DNA of 64,000 nucleotides, taken from positions 81,902,001 through 81,966,000 of the forward strand of contig OZ024747.1 of NCBI GenBank assembly GCA_964016885.1, written 5' to 3'. The DNA is from Eledone cirrhosa (taxonomy: Eukaryota). A program made the translations under genes and the position numbers. The notes under the pieces were generated by a model, which saw nothing but the letters and a program-made list of their open reading frames with translations, had not been told where the DNA came from and did not search any database. Positions 23,126-37,011 of the stretch are shown here, one piece after another; the stretch's first letter is position 1, and the number at the start of each line of letters is the position of its first letter.

Positions 23126-25644
23126 TGGTGATAGGCCTCCTTTAAAACGTCTGAGATTTTATTTGGTTAAAATAAAACAATATCACTAAATTTTCATGAA
23201 ATAGATTTAAAAGTTAATTTCATTTTTGGTAATTTAACCGTTTCAGAAAGAGAGAACTTTTATTTGGAAAACACAAAATTTAAGAAAAAAAAGAAGCATT
23301 GTTAAATTTATTAAATTTTGTTATTTAGATGTTTCTTCCCAATTTATTAATGGAACAGAACAGCAGATTATGTATGCGCAAACCTCTTTAGAATTGTAAG
23401 CAAAAAAAAAAAACAACAAAGAACAGATGTTATTGAGCAAATGTAATAATGAGTACATATGTGTATAAAGAGAGGGGGAGAGACAGAGAGACTAGTTGTA
23501 ACAATTGCTAAATGTAATGTATGCATACTGCAAATTAATGACACAATGATGCAATGGTATGCATATCAAGATAGTTTTAATAACATGTTTATTCAAACGT
23601 ACTACAAATATTCATTCTAATCTAAATAAACAAACAGAGCCAACTAAATCAGTTTTAAAATATGTGATAAAAATTAATGATCAAAATAGTATATGGCTTT
23701 TATAGTCATTCTGAAGAAAAGGTAGCTTTTTAAGAAATTACTCTAACATATAAGCATATGCATAGCTTATTTCTTCATCTTGAAATGTGCTTTAATTTAA
23801 AACCATTTATTATATTGTGAAATCACTTTCAATATTTATCAATATTCTATATCTTTTTCTTATCAATGACCAGCCAGTATGTAGAGCCAGATCTACTAGA
23901 GGTTTACTCTCCAGTGTCAAATATTAGTGCATCCCAAAGACTAGGTCTTCCACTTCAGATCCAGTAAATATTTTAGATTTGATCAGTCACTGAAAAATAT
24001 AGAATTCCCAATGGACTACTGCTTGTATATCAGAAATGTAGTAACATTTCTGATATACATGTAATACATTCTAAAATGGACATCTGACTGATTAGTAAAG
24101 ATTAACTCACAAACATACAACAACCGCTTGTGGGAATATTATTTTCTTAGCTTGTTAGTTCAATGGAACAGACACTGTCACAGTGTACCCTTTCTATTGC
24201 TCCTCACTCAGTGCACCTATCTACCTCTTCTTATTGCTACTGTGTCTCACTCTGCAAACCTTATACTAAATACATTTCTCAATCATTACTTCTTAAAATG
24301 GTAATCCTCTCAAATTTCCTTCTTTTCTATATTTTACAGAAATCAACTTAGTTCAACATCATTTAGATCTATGTCATAAGTATGTGAGAGTCTACAAAGC
24401 TCTGAGGTAATCCCACTCAGTCTCTTAACAAAAAACAAAATCCATATTTTCACTCTCTCCCACCCTCTCTTCTAACCTTTACAGGACTAGTTCTGTTTTA
24501 TTCTGTGAATGTTTCTTTCAGTAAACAAAACTAATTTTGTAAAAGTCACCAAAATAAAATACCTTCTCTACCTGATGTATTGAGCACCTTATATTATTTA
24601 TAGTTCCCTTCCATTCTTTTAATGGAACACCATTCTATTATATTTATATATATCCATTTAACATCCATTTTCCCTGCTTATATATATATATATCATCATC
24701 ATCATTTAACATCCATTTTTTTCCATGCTAAGACAGTATGTATATACACATACAATATACACAATCTATTCATATGCATCACATTTTTCAATGCCGTTTA
24801 TATTGATAAATATGTATACCTTTATATCATGTTTTATTTTTCATTGCTGAATAAAGATGTATATATAAATGGGAAACAACTGTATCTAAGGCAATTGAAA
24901 ACATATATCTTTAGTAATTCACCATAATTTCTTATTAAATAACAGAATACTTTTTATGGAATTGTTCGCACTAAATATTGATAAGAAATAAGTACGTAAA
25001 CACTTATAAACTTGCAACCCTCATCGACACACACAGATATACTAAACAAATATAATGTAAACAATATCTGTGAAACATGGACTGAAGCATTAAAGAACTT
25101 TAATAACAATGAGCCTGTCACAATATAAAGGTATTTTATTGTGGAGTGCAGCTATATACTACATAACAATTTCTTTAGCTAAATAAAAGAAAATGTCAGA
25201 ACCACAGATGTTTAGATTGCAATTTCAAAATGCCAGATACAAATTCAAAATTTATCACAATACAAATGTATATGGATTATATTAGTGGTGCCATATGAAG
25301 TAGTAGTGATGGTGCCATGATAAAATGCACTAAATACACACTGTAAATTCGTAGTGCTGGTGTTATTATAAAATGCACCATGTACACTTTGTAAAGTGTT
25401 TAGCATCTGTAGAAGCCATGCCAAAGCTCATCTGATCTGTCTCATCTTAAATAATGCCACAGTGTCTAACCTACGTAAAATGATGTTGATTATATATATA
25501 TACAGAGTGTCACAAAAACTGTATACAGACTTTGATTACCTGTACAGGCAATATTTATTAGAATGCACAGCCTTTCCCAAAAATAAAATGATCTAGACAT
25601 AATTCAATTGTATGTAAACACCCAAAAATATTTACATAATTTAA

Positions 25645-25831
25645 ATAATTGTTTCTACTTTTGGCACAAGGCCAGCAATTACCCAGTGCATTACTGGAAC
25701 TTTACTTTATCGGCCCAGTAAGGACGACAGGCAAAGTTAACCTCGGCGGGATTGAACTCAGAATGGCAAGGGCCGTGACTATGCGTCAAAGCATGGCATC
25801 TGACCCTCTACCGATACTGCCAATCCACCGC
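25645..25831 (-). mobile_element. tRNA-derived SINE family 1, full length
   Basis: Complete head to ATT tail. Confidence 0.92.
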
Positions 25832-25842
25832 TTAAATTGTAA

Positions 25843-26070
25843 ATAATGGTTTTTGATTAGGCACAAGGCCAGAATTTTTTTTTTTTTTTGGGGGGGGGGG
25901 GGGTCGATTAAATCAACCCCAGTGCATTAGTGGTGCTTTATATGATCCAACTCGTAAGGATGAAAGGCAAAGCTAACCTCAGCGGGATTGAATTCAGAAT
26001 GAAAGGGCCATAACTCTTTGCCATAAGGCATATTATCTGACACTCTAATGATACGGCCAATCCACTACCT
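25843..26070 (-). mobile_element. SINE family 1, long-tail variant (poly-C/poly-A segment)
   Basis: Same head and central domain; extra GGGGTTGATTTAATCGAC(C)n(A)n segment as at 47165-47393. Confidence 0.85.
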
Positions 26071-26265
26071 TCAATTAAATTATAAATAATGTAAATAATT
26101 GTAAATAATGAAAACAAAATAACTATATTGTACAATATTTATTTGTAGACTGTGTGTATACTAGTTCTGTGTTTAACTTCTATTCAACTGTTGTCTGAAT
26201 GTTATTCTCTTCATATTACTTCAAGCTGGTTGGAGTTGTTTCTGTCTTCATTATTGATCATTCCA

Positions 26266-26454
26266 CGGTGGATTGGCAGTATCGGTAGAGGTTCGGACGC
26301 CATGCTTTGACGCATAGAGTTACGGCCCTTGCCATTCTGAGTTCAAATCCCGCCAAGGTAAACTTTGCCTTTCATCCTTACGGGGTCGATAAAATAAAGT
26401 AATAGTAATGTACTGGGTAATTTCTGGCCTTGTGCCAATAGTAGAAACAATTAT
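26266..26454 (+). mobile_element. tRNA-derived SINE family 1 with 15-bp TSD
   Basis: A box TGGCAGTATCGG, B box GAGTTCAAATCCC; TSD ATTATTGATCATTCC at 26250-26264 and 26450-26464. Confidence 0.95.
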
Positions 26455-27072
26455 TGATCATTCCTTTGGCCCTTGTGGCCAATAAATGAAACCATTATTG
26501 ATCACTCTTACATTATTTTCAATGGGGAAGTCCATTGTGTAATTTTACAAATTACAATAATCTATTATGTATAAAGGTAACCCTATTTAGTTCTATTAGT
26601 TGAATCTGCCTTATATTTCAAATAAAGTGATCCTTTGTCACAAAATAGTGAACAACCATTAAAATCTGCTTAATACTTGTCATGTACAACTCATTATAAC
26701 TCAAGTTGGCTACCACAAACATTTAAACATTTCCTACTTACTTTTTGAACTTATTCAACATATATATTATAATAAAATGATAAAAATCCAGTAAAAGTAA
26801 ATAGAAAGAAATAATATGCAAGCAATGTTTCAAACAGCCAAAAGCACTGTGAATAATCAATCAGAATGCCAGTACATCCAAGCAATGAAAGTATTACAGT
26901 AAATATTTCCATGTGACCTTGTTTGTATATTTGCTGTAGGCAGTATGTACATTATGATTCTAGCCTAACCTATGTTAAGGCTTAAAGGTTGTGATCACTT
27001 TATCTGCGATTTCAGGCCTAAAGCTGAATTTTTTTTTAACCAAAATTCTTGATACCATCTTATACATCATGG

Positions 27073-27251
<179 letters not shown>

Positions 27252-27451
27252 ATGATGTTTGTAAAATTTATAAAGTCAAACCTGGCTAATATTTTCAACA
27301 AAATTATTAGATAAAATATTTTATTACTCATGATGGATCCTTCATCACTTGTGATGATGAGCATGCAGTCTTTCTATCAATTGAACATCTGACTTGTGCA
27401 TTTACGTATAAGTGGTTGAGTATTCCAGAAACATTTACTCTTAAATAATTT

Positions 27452-27615
27452 TCTGTAAATGTGGTTGGCATTAGGAAGGGCATCCAATGTAGAAAACCAG
27501 CCAGAAACAGTTCTATATGTAAGACATGGTCACCTGACCAATCTTGCCACAAGTGGAACAAACCCATCTAACCCATGCTAGCGTGGAAGATGGATGTTAA
27601 ACAATGATGATGATG
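27452..27615 (+). mobile_element. RTE 3'UTR fragment with (GAT)n tail
   Basis: GGTTGGCATTAGGAAGGGCATCCA...CCCATGCTAGCGTGGAAGATGGATGTTAAACAATGATGATG. Confidence 0.88.
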
Positions 27616-28015
27616 AATTATTATGACAATGTTGGACCTTTGGATTACAGATACAATCAATCCTAAAGGCTTCCACAGAGTTATCATCTACCTAAATTTT
27701 CTGATAAGGCATGGGTTGTAAAAAGACTTGCTCAAGATTCCACACAGTAAAATTAAACAAGAATGCATGATTGCTTAGTGTGTGTGGCTGTGTAAAATAT
27801 ATAAAGTCAGGCTTGGATCAATGTTGAAGAAAATTATATAATCAAAATATTTTTAATTACTTTCAAATAATAGAGATAAATCAGTTGACATCATTGCATA
27901 ATGTTGAGAAATAGCTGAATGGGTAGACAGACAGATATTGACAGAAATAAATATTAGATGGAAAAGAAGAAAGACTTTGTAATGAAAACAGATGGGAAAA
28001 GTTGATTTTACTTAC

Positions 28016-28100
28016 AAATTACAGGAAATATCACACAGATTTGTTTATTTTGTTATTTTCCAAATGAACTTACCTGTAAAAAGTGGAGAGAATGGGGAAT
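28016..28100 (-). promoter_or_regulatory. Recursive-splice-site-like motif with 58-nt cryptic exon
   Basis: Minus strand: ATTCCCCATTCTCTCCACTTTTTACAG|GTAAGT...(58 nt)...|GTAAGT. Confidence 0.45.
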
Positions 28101-31100
28101 TATTTATTTAAGAAAGACAATAATTAAAGACAAAATGAAATAGAAAACTAAACTAAATAATTAATTAAAAAGCAAAAGAGAGAACACAGTTAGAAAGAGA
28201 AAAAAATAAAGAAAGAGAGGGTAAAGCAAATAAACCTTAAATATAAATTATACAATAAACGATGATGAAAATTAAAAAAGATTAGAAAGATGTGAATAGA
28301 AAGAAGAATAGAATAAGATAGTAGCAAATGTAAATAGAGAGATGCAACTAAAAAGCAAGGTTACATAGAGAACATTAGAGGTAAAAATATATTTCAAAGA
28401 AAGAAAATGAGAATGAGAAAAGAAGAAGAGGCAACACCAGGGAAAGAATACAAAAGAGGTAGGAAGGCCAAAAAAGAATGAGAGTATGAAAGCAAGAAAA
28501 AAAAGTGATAAAATAAAGAAATAGAGAATTAAACACAGAACAGGAAAAATGAGAAACAGAAAATTTCTTGTTCTAACATCTTAAACTAAATTAAAATAAA
28601 AGATGAGAAAATGAGCCACACAAAAAGACAATTACTTTCTGATGATAATATTTGTTTTATTATTTAATTCAAAAAACTTTCTTTAGATTTAATTTTTTTA
28701 TTGAAAAAATTTCAATATTCCAAACATAATTTCCTATGTGCTTTATGTGATTCTAATTAATTTTAATTAATGAATTTATGCAAATCTATTTATACATTTT
28801 TAGTTAATTCTCACTGTTATTTACATGTGAGTGAGTACATTTTGAGAGATCTAATGAGCTACTACCCTACCTATGGAAAAGGATTGACAGTTCATACCTT
28901 GTAATCAACACTACACATCATTGAATTGTATGATATGAAGGTATTCAATGATGTAGGTATAATGAGCAGTATTTTATTGATGAGTATTTCATCAGTTTAA
29001 CACTTTTTATCCCAAACCTCCTAAAATCACCACAGATTCTACAATATTAATTAACCCTTTAACATCTACATTGCTCTATATTTTACTATTGCTTTTTCCC
29101 AGTAAACACTTTAAATATCCATGCACTTAAAGTCATATTTCCATATACTAAAAAAACTGATTTCTATTTGTGCTGAGTTTTGCAGTATTTCGATCAATGG
29201 GACAACCTGCATATTAAATTACTATGTAAGTGGCTGAGTATTGCATAGACAAGTGTAATGTTAATGTAAATTTCAGGGAGATTGGTATCAACAGGGTTAC
29301 ATAAAGACATAGGTCTGCTGACAAAACTAGGCTAAATAAGAAACCCAGCAAAGCCTGTAAATTGAAAGAGTCATGCTAAGAATTATAAAGTTGGGCAAAG
29401 CAATAGCTGGACAAAGAGCCCAACTGAAATGGGTTGACCCTCTGATATAACATATCCAGGCAGACCCAAAATGAGTCAAATAAATATAGTCAAACAGTCG
29501 CAGGCATTCAGAGAGATAGAGATAGTTAGAGAGAGATACAGAATGAAATGAGTAGACAAATTAACTAAATTGACAACTGAGAGAAAAAGAGACAAGCATT
29601 AGAAAAGAAGATATACAGGGTAACATTTTCAGCACTGCCACAAATATATGATTACAATTAAAGTTGATTATTTGAAAGCAATAATGATGAAAAAGCTCAA
29701 GTGTTTAAGATTTCGGCAATAATCATCAAAATAAAGTATCAGAGTAAATAATAGACAGCATTTCCTGAGAAAAGGGAGGAAAACAGTTCTACAACCAGAC
29801 TGGCTGCTTGCCAAATTCTATCAGACATTATGGTGAAGAACCAAAAAAAAAAACTTTGAAGGAAAATGGGGAGGAGGGTAGTATTTATTGGTTTTGGTAG
29901 TGGTTGTAATGATGCAGATAGTGATATAGGAAATGAAAGTGAGGTATGGGTGATAGTTTTGGTGTGGGAGCAGATAATAGCAACAGGGCTAATGAGGATA
30001 AACATATTACTGGACAGAGAGGTAGGGTTTAATAGTTGCAGTAGATTAAAGTATTGTTGTTGGTAGTAAGTGGTAATGACATTGTAGTAATCATGATTAA
30101 GGTAAACATTATATTACAGTAATGGTGGTTATAGGCATTTTGTAATTTTTGCTGGGGACAGTGGTTGTGATAAAGTTGTGTAGGTAATAGAAGAAATGGT
30201 GTTACTGTTTGTGTTTGTGGACATTCAGCTTGCGATCTGTTGTTAGTGTATCATATCTGAAGTGTAGTAGTGATGGTCTGGCAATATCAGTTTCAATTGT
30301 GCTAGTTATGATGTTACTGGAAACGTATATTTTGATGATAGTAGTTTTGTTGTTGGTGGTATTGATGGTGGTATGGAAATGGTGAGTCGCAATATTGTTT
30401 TTGATTGAAATGCTAGTGGTGATGATGGCCACCTTGATAGTGGTTTAAAGGTGAGTGTTGGCAGCAGCATTAGGTCAATGATAAGGCTGCTGGTGGTGCT
30501 GCAGTGCCAAATTAAATTTGTAACTTCGATTTTGTTTCTTATCAATTTTTTTTGTGGTAAACTCAAAGCCAAAAGGATGTCATAGAATCATATTAGTAAC
30601 AAATGTTTCTATATATAGCTGTTATATAGACACACCAGTATCATTTCAACAATGACCTAGACCTGGCGGCAGCAGCAGCAGAGATGGTGACTGTTATGAA
30701 GCTAGAATTAGGATAGTGCTTGGGTTGGGTCCAGTATACTGACAGTACTCCATCCCCATCGCTTTCTCTCCCTCCCTTCCTCCTTTCATACATTGTTACA
30801 ATTATTCAATTTCTTTGCCACTCAATTGTGTGTTTTTTATAGTTTCTTAATACATGAGTATGATTATATGCAGTGAAGTCAGTGAATCAATTTTTAATTT
30901 TAGCTTTTATATCATATATTTCTTTTGGAAAACGTTTGTTAATTCAAATGTTTATATCTTCTAGAAGACAGATCACCATTATCATCATATGAAAATTTGC
31001 AGTAAATTAAAGACTTTAACTTTTAATGTGATGCACTCATAGTGCTGTTTTATATATACTTTTCAAAAATGTCTTGCTAATGGAAATACAGGACATTAAT

Positions 31101-32315
31101 TAAAAGTTAATGACAATGTAAGAAGTCTTCATATGTTGTAAGATTATAGGTAGTAACAAACAATGTTACATTTGTAGCAAGAATTTAGACTCTACTTACT
31201 TTGCAAAACAAACAAAAAAAAAACATCAAAATTGCTTAACATCTTTAGAATATCGATAAAGAAGACAACTTCTTGGAATATACTGCAATCAAATGATTCC
31301 TTTCCCATTATATTTTGCATAACATTAAAAACAGTTATAAAATTGTCAGCAGAATGCTCTTAACCCACCTGACAACTAATTTTCTATTTACAGCTGAAAC
31401 ACCCTTTATTTAATCAGAAATGTCATCAGAAAAGGCATAAACACCACACTCTCTCATTTCTCTTCTTAACTTATACCACAAGTTGCATATCCTTGTAAGA
31501 TATCATCATCCATTGAAAGTGAAATTGACAGATGATAGAGTGTTAAGCTAAATACATACAGTATTTAATTACATCCTAAACAGAAATACAAAAACAAAAT
31601 ATAAAACAATTAAGAAGACAAAAAGAATAAGTAAGTGTTGAGATGTGAAGAACTTCAATGACATTGTAAAGTGATCTGTTGACATCTCAAAATAATTTAC
31701 ACACTGTAATATTTGTATTTTCAGTTGCAAGTGGCTATAAAGTTTGTCAAACTTACAATCTTTAGTTGCGAAATTTCCTGTAGCTGTTATTTGAGTAGCT
31801 ATCGCAATTTTCTTATCAAAATATTTCTTCTTTTATACTGTGTATCAGATTTGTAATATTCATGGCCTTTTCTACTATTCAAGCGGTTAACTGAAATATT
31901 TCTCAATGGATATGAAAACAGTGTCATGGAGTGATCTGTGAAAATCTTGTAACTGTATCACTATTCCTATTCATAACAAAATATTAGGATTTCTTTTGCA
32001 GAGATAATACTTATAGTTACAGAAAAGGGGAAATGAGATTATGTGTTCGTCAAGGACATTATCTATGGAATTTGGATCACCAAAAACATGTTATTACACA
32101 ATGGTTCTCACAAATAATAAAAATATATATAATATTATCATTTTTCTTATATTTATTATAACTATTAAATAGAAAGATTAGATATTAGGGATGGCAGAGC
32201 ATTAAATCCAGCAAGAGTTTAGTTTCTTCACTCTACATTCTTGTTTTAATTTCCTGTGGGATTGACTTTGCATTTCATACAACCTTAGTCAATATGCATG
32301 GATTATATATATATA

Positions 32316-34205
32316 TCATCATCATCATCATCGTTTAACGTCCATGTTCCACGCTTGCATGGGTTTGCACGGGAGTTTTCCCACTTGAGGCAAGAGTGGT
32401 TGTCTTGCTCGCATAGGACTGTCTGGCGGGTTTTCTACAGCTGGATGCCCTTCCTAACACCAACCACATTTACAGTGTGGAACTGGGAGGTTTTTACCGT
32501 GTTGCCTACACGGCCACATTACAGCGTGGACTGTGTTTTTTTTTTGTCGTGACACCTACACGATCTCATTTGTTTCGGCCTGGATGATGTGGCACCAACA
32601 TAACTTTACATTGAAAGGGGCGGTGTGGTTGGGGTGGGGGTGGTCGGACGGGGGTGTATTTTGTTAGAGATGCCTACTGACTGTAGTAGGTTTTACTTTG
32701 TATTTAGGTAAGGCGGGTCTTCTCTATTACTGAGTACCGCCAAAGATCTCGGTCCAGTGACATTGTCTTGGAGAGGTGTAAGTGTGTGCGGTCGGAATTT
32801 ATCAGGTCGTCCCAGGTTTTTATGGGTCTGCCTACTCCGTGGCTACCATCTATCTTTATTGCCCTGCACTTTTTTATACAGCTGTCGTCTTTCATACGCA
32901 TCACGTGACCATACCAACATAGCCTTCTCTCGAGTAAACAACATCTGATCCCTCTTATTTCTAATTTTTCCCTTAGTTCGTTTATGCTTTGCCGTTCGCA
33001 TATATTACTATTACACATCCAGTGGAGCATGCAAGCTTCGTTCCTCTCTAGTCTGCGTATATCCTCTGCACACAATGCCCAGGTCTCACTGCCATGCAAC
33101 ATTGCTGTTCATATGCAGGCATCATACAGCCTGCCTTTCATTTTTAGGGAGAACCCTTTAGCGGCTAATAGTGGTATAAGCTCTCTGAACTTTTTCCATC
33201 CAGTTCTGACTCTAGCTACTGTACTTTCAGAGCACCCTCCCCCACTGCTGATTTTGCCACCCAGGTAACGGAAGCTGTCCACTATTTCTATAGAACCCCC
33301 TAAGTAATTGAAAGAGCTAGTATTTTGTGGCACTTGCTGCTACTTATTGCACCAGAGCACCGGCCACATGTAAAATCTGTTCTTAGTTAGCTTACCTGTG
33401 ATCCCACTACATCTTTATACACCCATACTTTGCATTTGGGACATAAAATGGAGTTTCTGCCTACGCCTTTCCTACACACTGAGCATGGCCATTTCCCGGA
33501 AGGGACCGGCGCCTTATTTTCTTTCCTACAAACTAGAACTTTAGTCTTAGCCAGGTTAATTTTAAGGCCTTTTGATTCTAGGCCGCGCTTCCATGTTTGG
33601 AATTTCTTCTCTAGCTCGGCCATTGATTCAGCTATGAGCGTTAGATCATATGCGTATAGGAGTTCCCATGGGCAGCCGGTCTTGAACTCCACTGTTATAG
33701 CCTGAGGGGCAATAATAAATAGTAGGGGGCTAAGAACAGAGCCCTGATGAACACCAACTTTTACGCTAAACTCTTCACTATATTCGTTGTTAATTCTAAC
33801 CTTGCTGACTGTTTCTTTATACATGGCTTGTATAGCTCTCACAAGCCATTCATCAACACCTAGTTTTCTAAGAGCCCACCAGATAATGGAACGGGGGACT
33901 CTGTCGAAGGCTTTCTCCAAGTCGACAAAAGCTAAGTATAGGGGTTTACTTTTAGCTAGGTACTTCTCCTGTAGTTGTCGTACAATGAAAAGAGCGTCTG
34001 TGGTACTTTTGCCTGACACAAACCCGAACTGCATTTCATTTAGATCAATTCTCTCTCTGATTAGTTGCACTATTACTTTTTCCGTGACCTTCATGACCTC
34101 GTCGATTAATTTAATGCCTCTATAGTTACTCCTATCTAGGGCGTCTCCTTTACCCTTGTAGCAGTTAATGATGATGCTGCTACACCAGTCCTTCGGAACA
34201 ACCCC
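32316..34205 (-). mobile_element. RTE-clade LINE, subfamily B, 5'-truncated, frameshifted
   Basis: [40 protein letters not shown] (mutated YADD), PHD insert, FRYLG, WYGHVMR; 3'UTR distinct from subfamily A; (GAT)n tail. Confidence 0.95.
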
Positions 34206-34219
34206 ATATATATAACCCA

Positions 34220-34306
34220 TGTGTGTGTGTGTGTGGGTGTGTCGTGTGTGGTGTGTGGTGTGTGTGGTGTGTGGTATGGTGTGTGGTGTGTGGAGTGTCT
34301 GTGTGT
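34220..34306. repeat. (TG)n/(GTGTG)n microsatellite
   Basis: Directly visible. Confidence 0.9.
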
Positions 34307-35612
34307 AAGTCTGTAGAGATTTATAAATGTAGATATATAAATATGTTTGTACTTGGGGGAATATATGTATGTCTTTGTATGTATATGTTTCTGCACATGT
34401 ACTTCTATGTTCATGTAAATGTCTGTATCTATACACATTTGCAGAAATAGCTGCATGTATATATCAAGTGTTAAAATAATTTATTTCTTCATTGTACTGT
34501 GTTTGCTTTGTTATTTCTGTTTACTTTTTATACACACCCATATATATAATTGCCTCCTGTGTTTTATTTCTTCATTTTCAACTATATATATATACACACA
34601 CATATATATGTAAATATATATGTAAATATACATATATATATATATATATATAAATGCATACATATATACATACATACGGTGTCATATATCTAAGATGTGT
34701 GTGTGTGTTACATATATGTGTAGTTATCTGTTCATAGTGTTCATGTCCTGTGTACATTAGCAACAAGCAATTTGCCCATCCATGCAAATTATATTGGTTG
34801 ATCTTGATGCAGCTCTTATTAAAAATACTCACCTTTCTTTTGTGCACAAGTATGCATGGGTTTATATGCAATTTGTACTTGGATGTATTGTGATATGCAT
34901 ACATATGTGCATTTACCACCTGTTCCCCTTCGGAACCTGACAGTTACAAGATCCATCTAAGTATGTTTAGAGTATGCATTACTATCATGAAATTCTCTTG
35001 CCAGTAGTTTAGCAACTTTGTCATGCAAGTTGCCCCTCCATATCTGCTCACAAACACTGCTTACATCTTGCCATTCAATATCAATTATCTCCTTTCTTAT
35101 ATACTTATACAACATTCAAATAATTGCTTTTTGTTCAGAGTGCACTACTTTTCCTATCACATCAATAAAATAAGTTAATTTCCTAAATTTCCCCAATTTC
35201 CTCACTTAATCATGTCTAAATCAAACACACATCTTTACAATACCTATAAAGTTTGGTATTACATTTCATGTGCATATATGAGAATGTGTGTAAGTATGTA
35301 TATATGTATATGTATGTGTCAATGCATATATAGCTGTATGTATATGTTCACCATCATTGTTGTTTTATGTCTGTGTTTTCCATGCTAGTGTGGGTTGGGC
35401 TGGTTGTCACAGTCGGAAGCTAAGCCTTATTGTGTTAAACAACCATGACATATTTCAAGGTTATAAACTACTTTGTACTGCATCAATACATATATTGCTC
35501 TACACAGCATGGCAGCATCACATTGGCAATGAAAGCAAATGATATGAGAATGCTGGAGTGTAACATGAAGCTCCTAGGTTAGAGGTTCATAAGTTCCGAG
35601 TGTTTCATTTGT

Positions 35613-35806
35613 TTAAACCTTTACTCTATATTTACTATTATATTTTCATGGTAAATTCTTTATCTCACATAATTATCTCACATAATATCGAATCTATGAG
35701 ATTTTGATATTATTTATTTTGAGAACAATACCTTAACATCAATATGAGTGGCTGGTTACAGCTGGTTTGAACAGAAAGAGGTGAGAGAATTCTAGCTGAT
35801 TTAAAC
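35613..35806. mobile_element. piggyBac-like MITE, copy with eroded termini
   Basis: Internal sequence aligns with 56465-56650. Confidence 0.8.
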
Positions 35807-35844
35807 AACAGAATCACCTGACCATGAAATCAATGTTCAAGAGG

Positions 35845-36045
35845 CCAAGTATGTACCCTTAACATAGTTCTCAGAGAGATTCGACATTACAGTGTGTGAT
35901 AAGGCTGGCTCTTTGAGTGACAGGTAGAACACATATTTGTCAGCTGAAATAAAGTGTCTTGTTCTATAAGAACGTGCCACCTGAACTTAAACACATAACC
36001 AAATGCTTGTGAACCAAACACCCTAACCACTAAGCTACAAACCTC
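35845..36045 (-). mobile_element. SINE family 2b, degenerate
   Basis: CAGCTGAAATAAAGTGTCTTG...ACCCTAACCACTAAGC, similar to 39430-39635. Confidence 0.65.
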
Positions 36046-36220
36046 CACAACATGAAGCTGATATACAATAAGATTTACATAATTTCTATTTATTGGCTAA
36101 TAAACTATCAGAAGAGATGACGAAGGACTGCAACAAGTGGAAGGATGCTGTGTTGGAAAATAAATATCCAACCAATGCAAACATAGAAAAACGGACCTAA
36201 AACGATGTTGATGATAATAT

Positions 36221-36412
36221 ATAATTGTTTCTACTTTAGGCACAAGGCCAGCAATTACCCAGTCCATTCCTGGTACTTTATTTTATCGACCCTGTAAGGA
36301 TGAAAGGCAAAGTTAACCTCGCCGGGATTTGAACTCAGACCATAAGGGGCCGTAACTCTTTGCTGCAAAGCATAGTGTCAGACCCTCTACTGATACTGCC
36401 AATCTACTGCCT
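36221..36412 (-). mobile_element. SINE family 1 with 17-bp TSD, inserted in an old RTE tail
   Basis: TSD TGATGATAATATATAAT at 36209-36225 and 36415-36431. Confidence 0.93.
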
Positions 36413-36937
36413 GGTGATGATAATATATAATACTTGGCATGCAGGCCTAAAAAAGATAACAGATGAAGAAAAATGTCTGTAAAATAATTTTAAAGCATGT
36501 TTCGGGAATTTGAATATTGTCCTTAACATTAAATTATGCAGGTAAGGACAAATGTATGTAGACAATAAGAAATGGAGCTTAAATGACTAGATGAGTATTT
36601 TTCAAAGAAATAAATTTGTAAAAGTCTTTTATTTCTTCTGTTATGTTTACTACAGTACAACAATGTTTTATTTATTGTAAAATGAACATTTTCTCTATCC
36701 TTTATGATTACATTATTTTCAAACATGATAAATTCATTAAAGAAACATATTCAGACAACTATTTACAAAGTTCTTGAACAAATTATTGCATTTCCTATAT
36801 ATTAATATGTTCAATTAACTCTAAGTATCCAAGAAACAAATTAACTATTCTTTTATATATTTATATACAGGGCCAACCTGTATATATATATTCATACATA
36901 CACCATACATATACACACATACATATATATTTACATA

Positions 36938-37010
36938 CAGGGTGTCCGCCAAAAATGTATACACGTTTATTAGTATACTGTTGAAGTATGTATACATTTT
37001 TTGGCCTACC
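36938..37010. mobile_element. Short mariner-type MITE (second copy at 37314-37384)
   Basis: TA-CAGGGTGTCCGCCAAAAATGTATACAC...GTATACATTTTTTGGCC; related to 41012-41088. Confidence 0.65.
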
Positions 37011-37011
37011 T

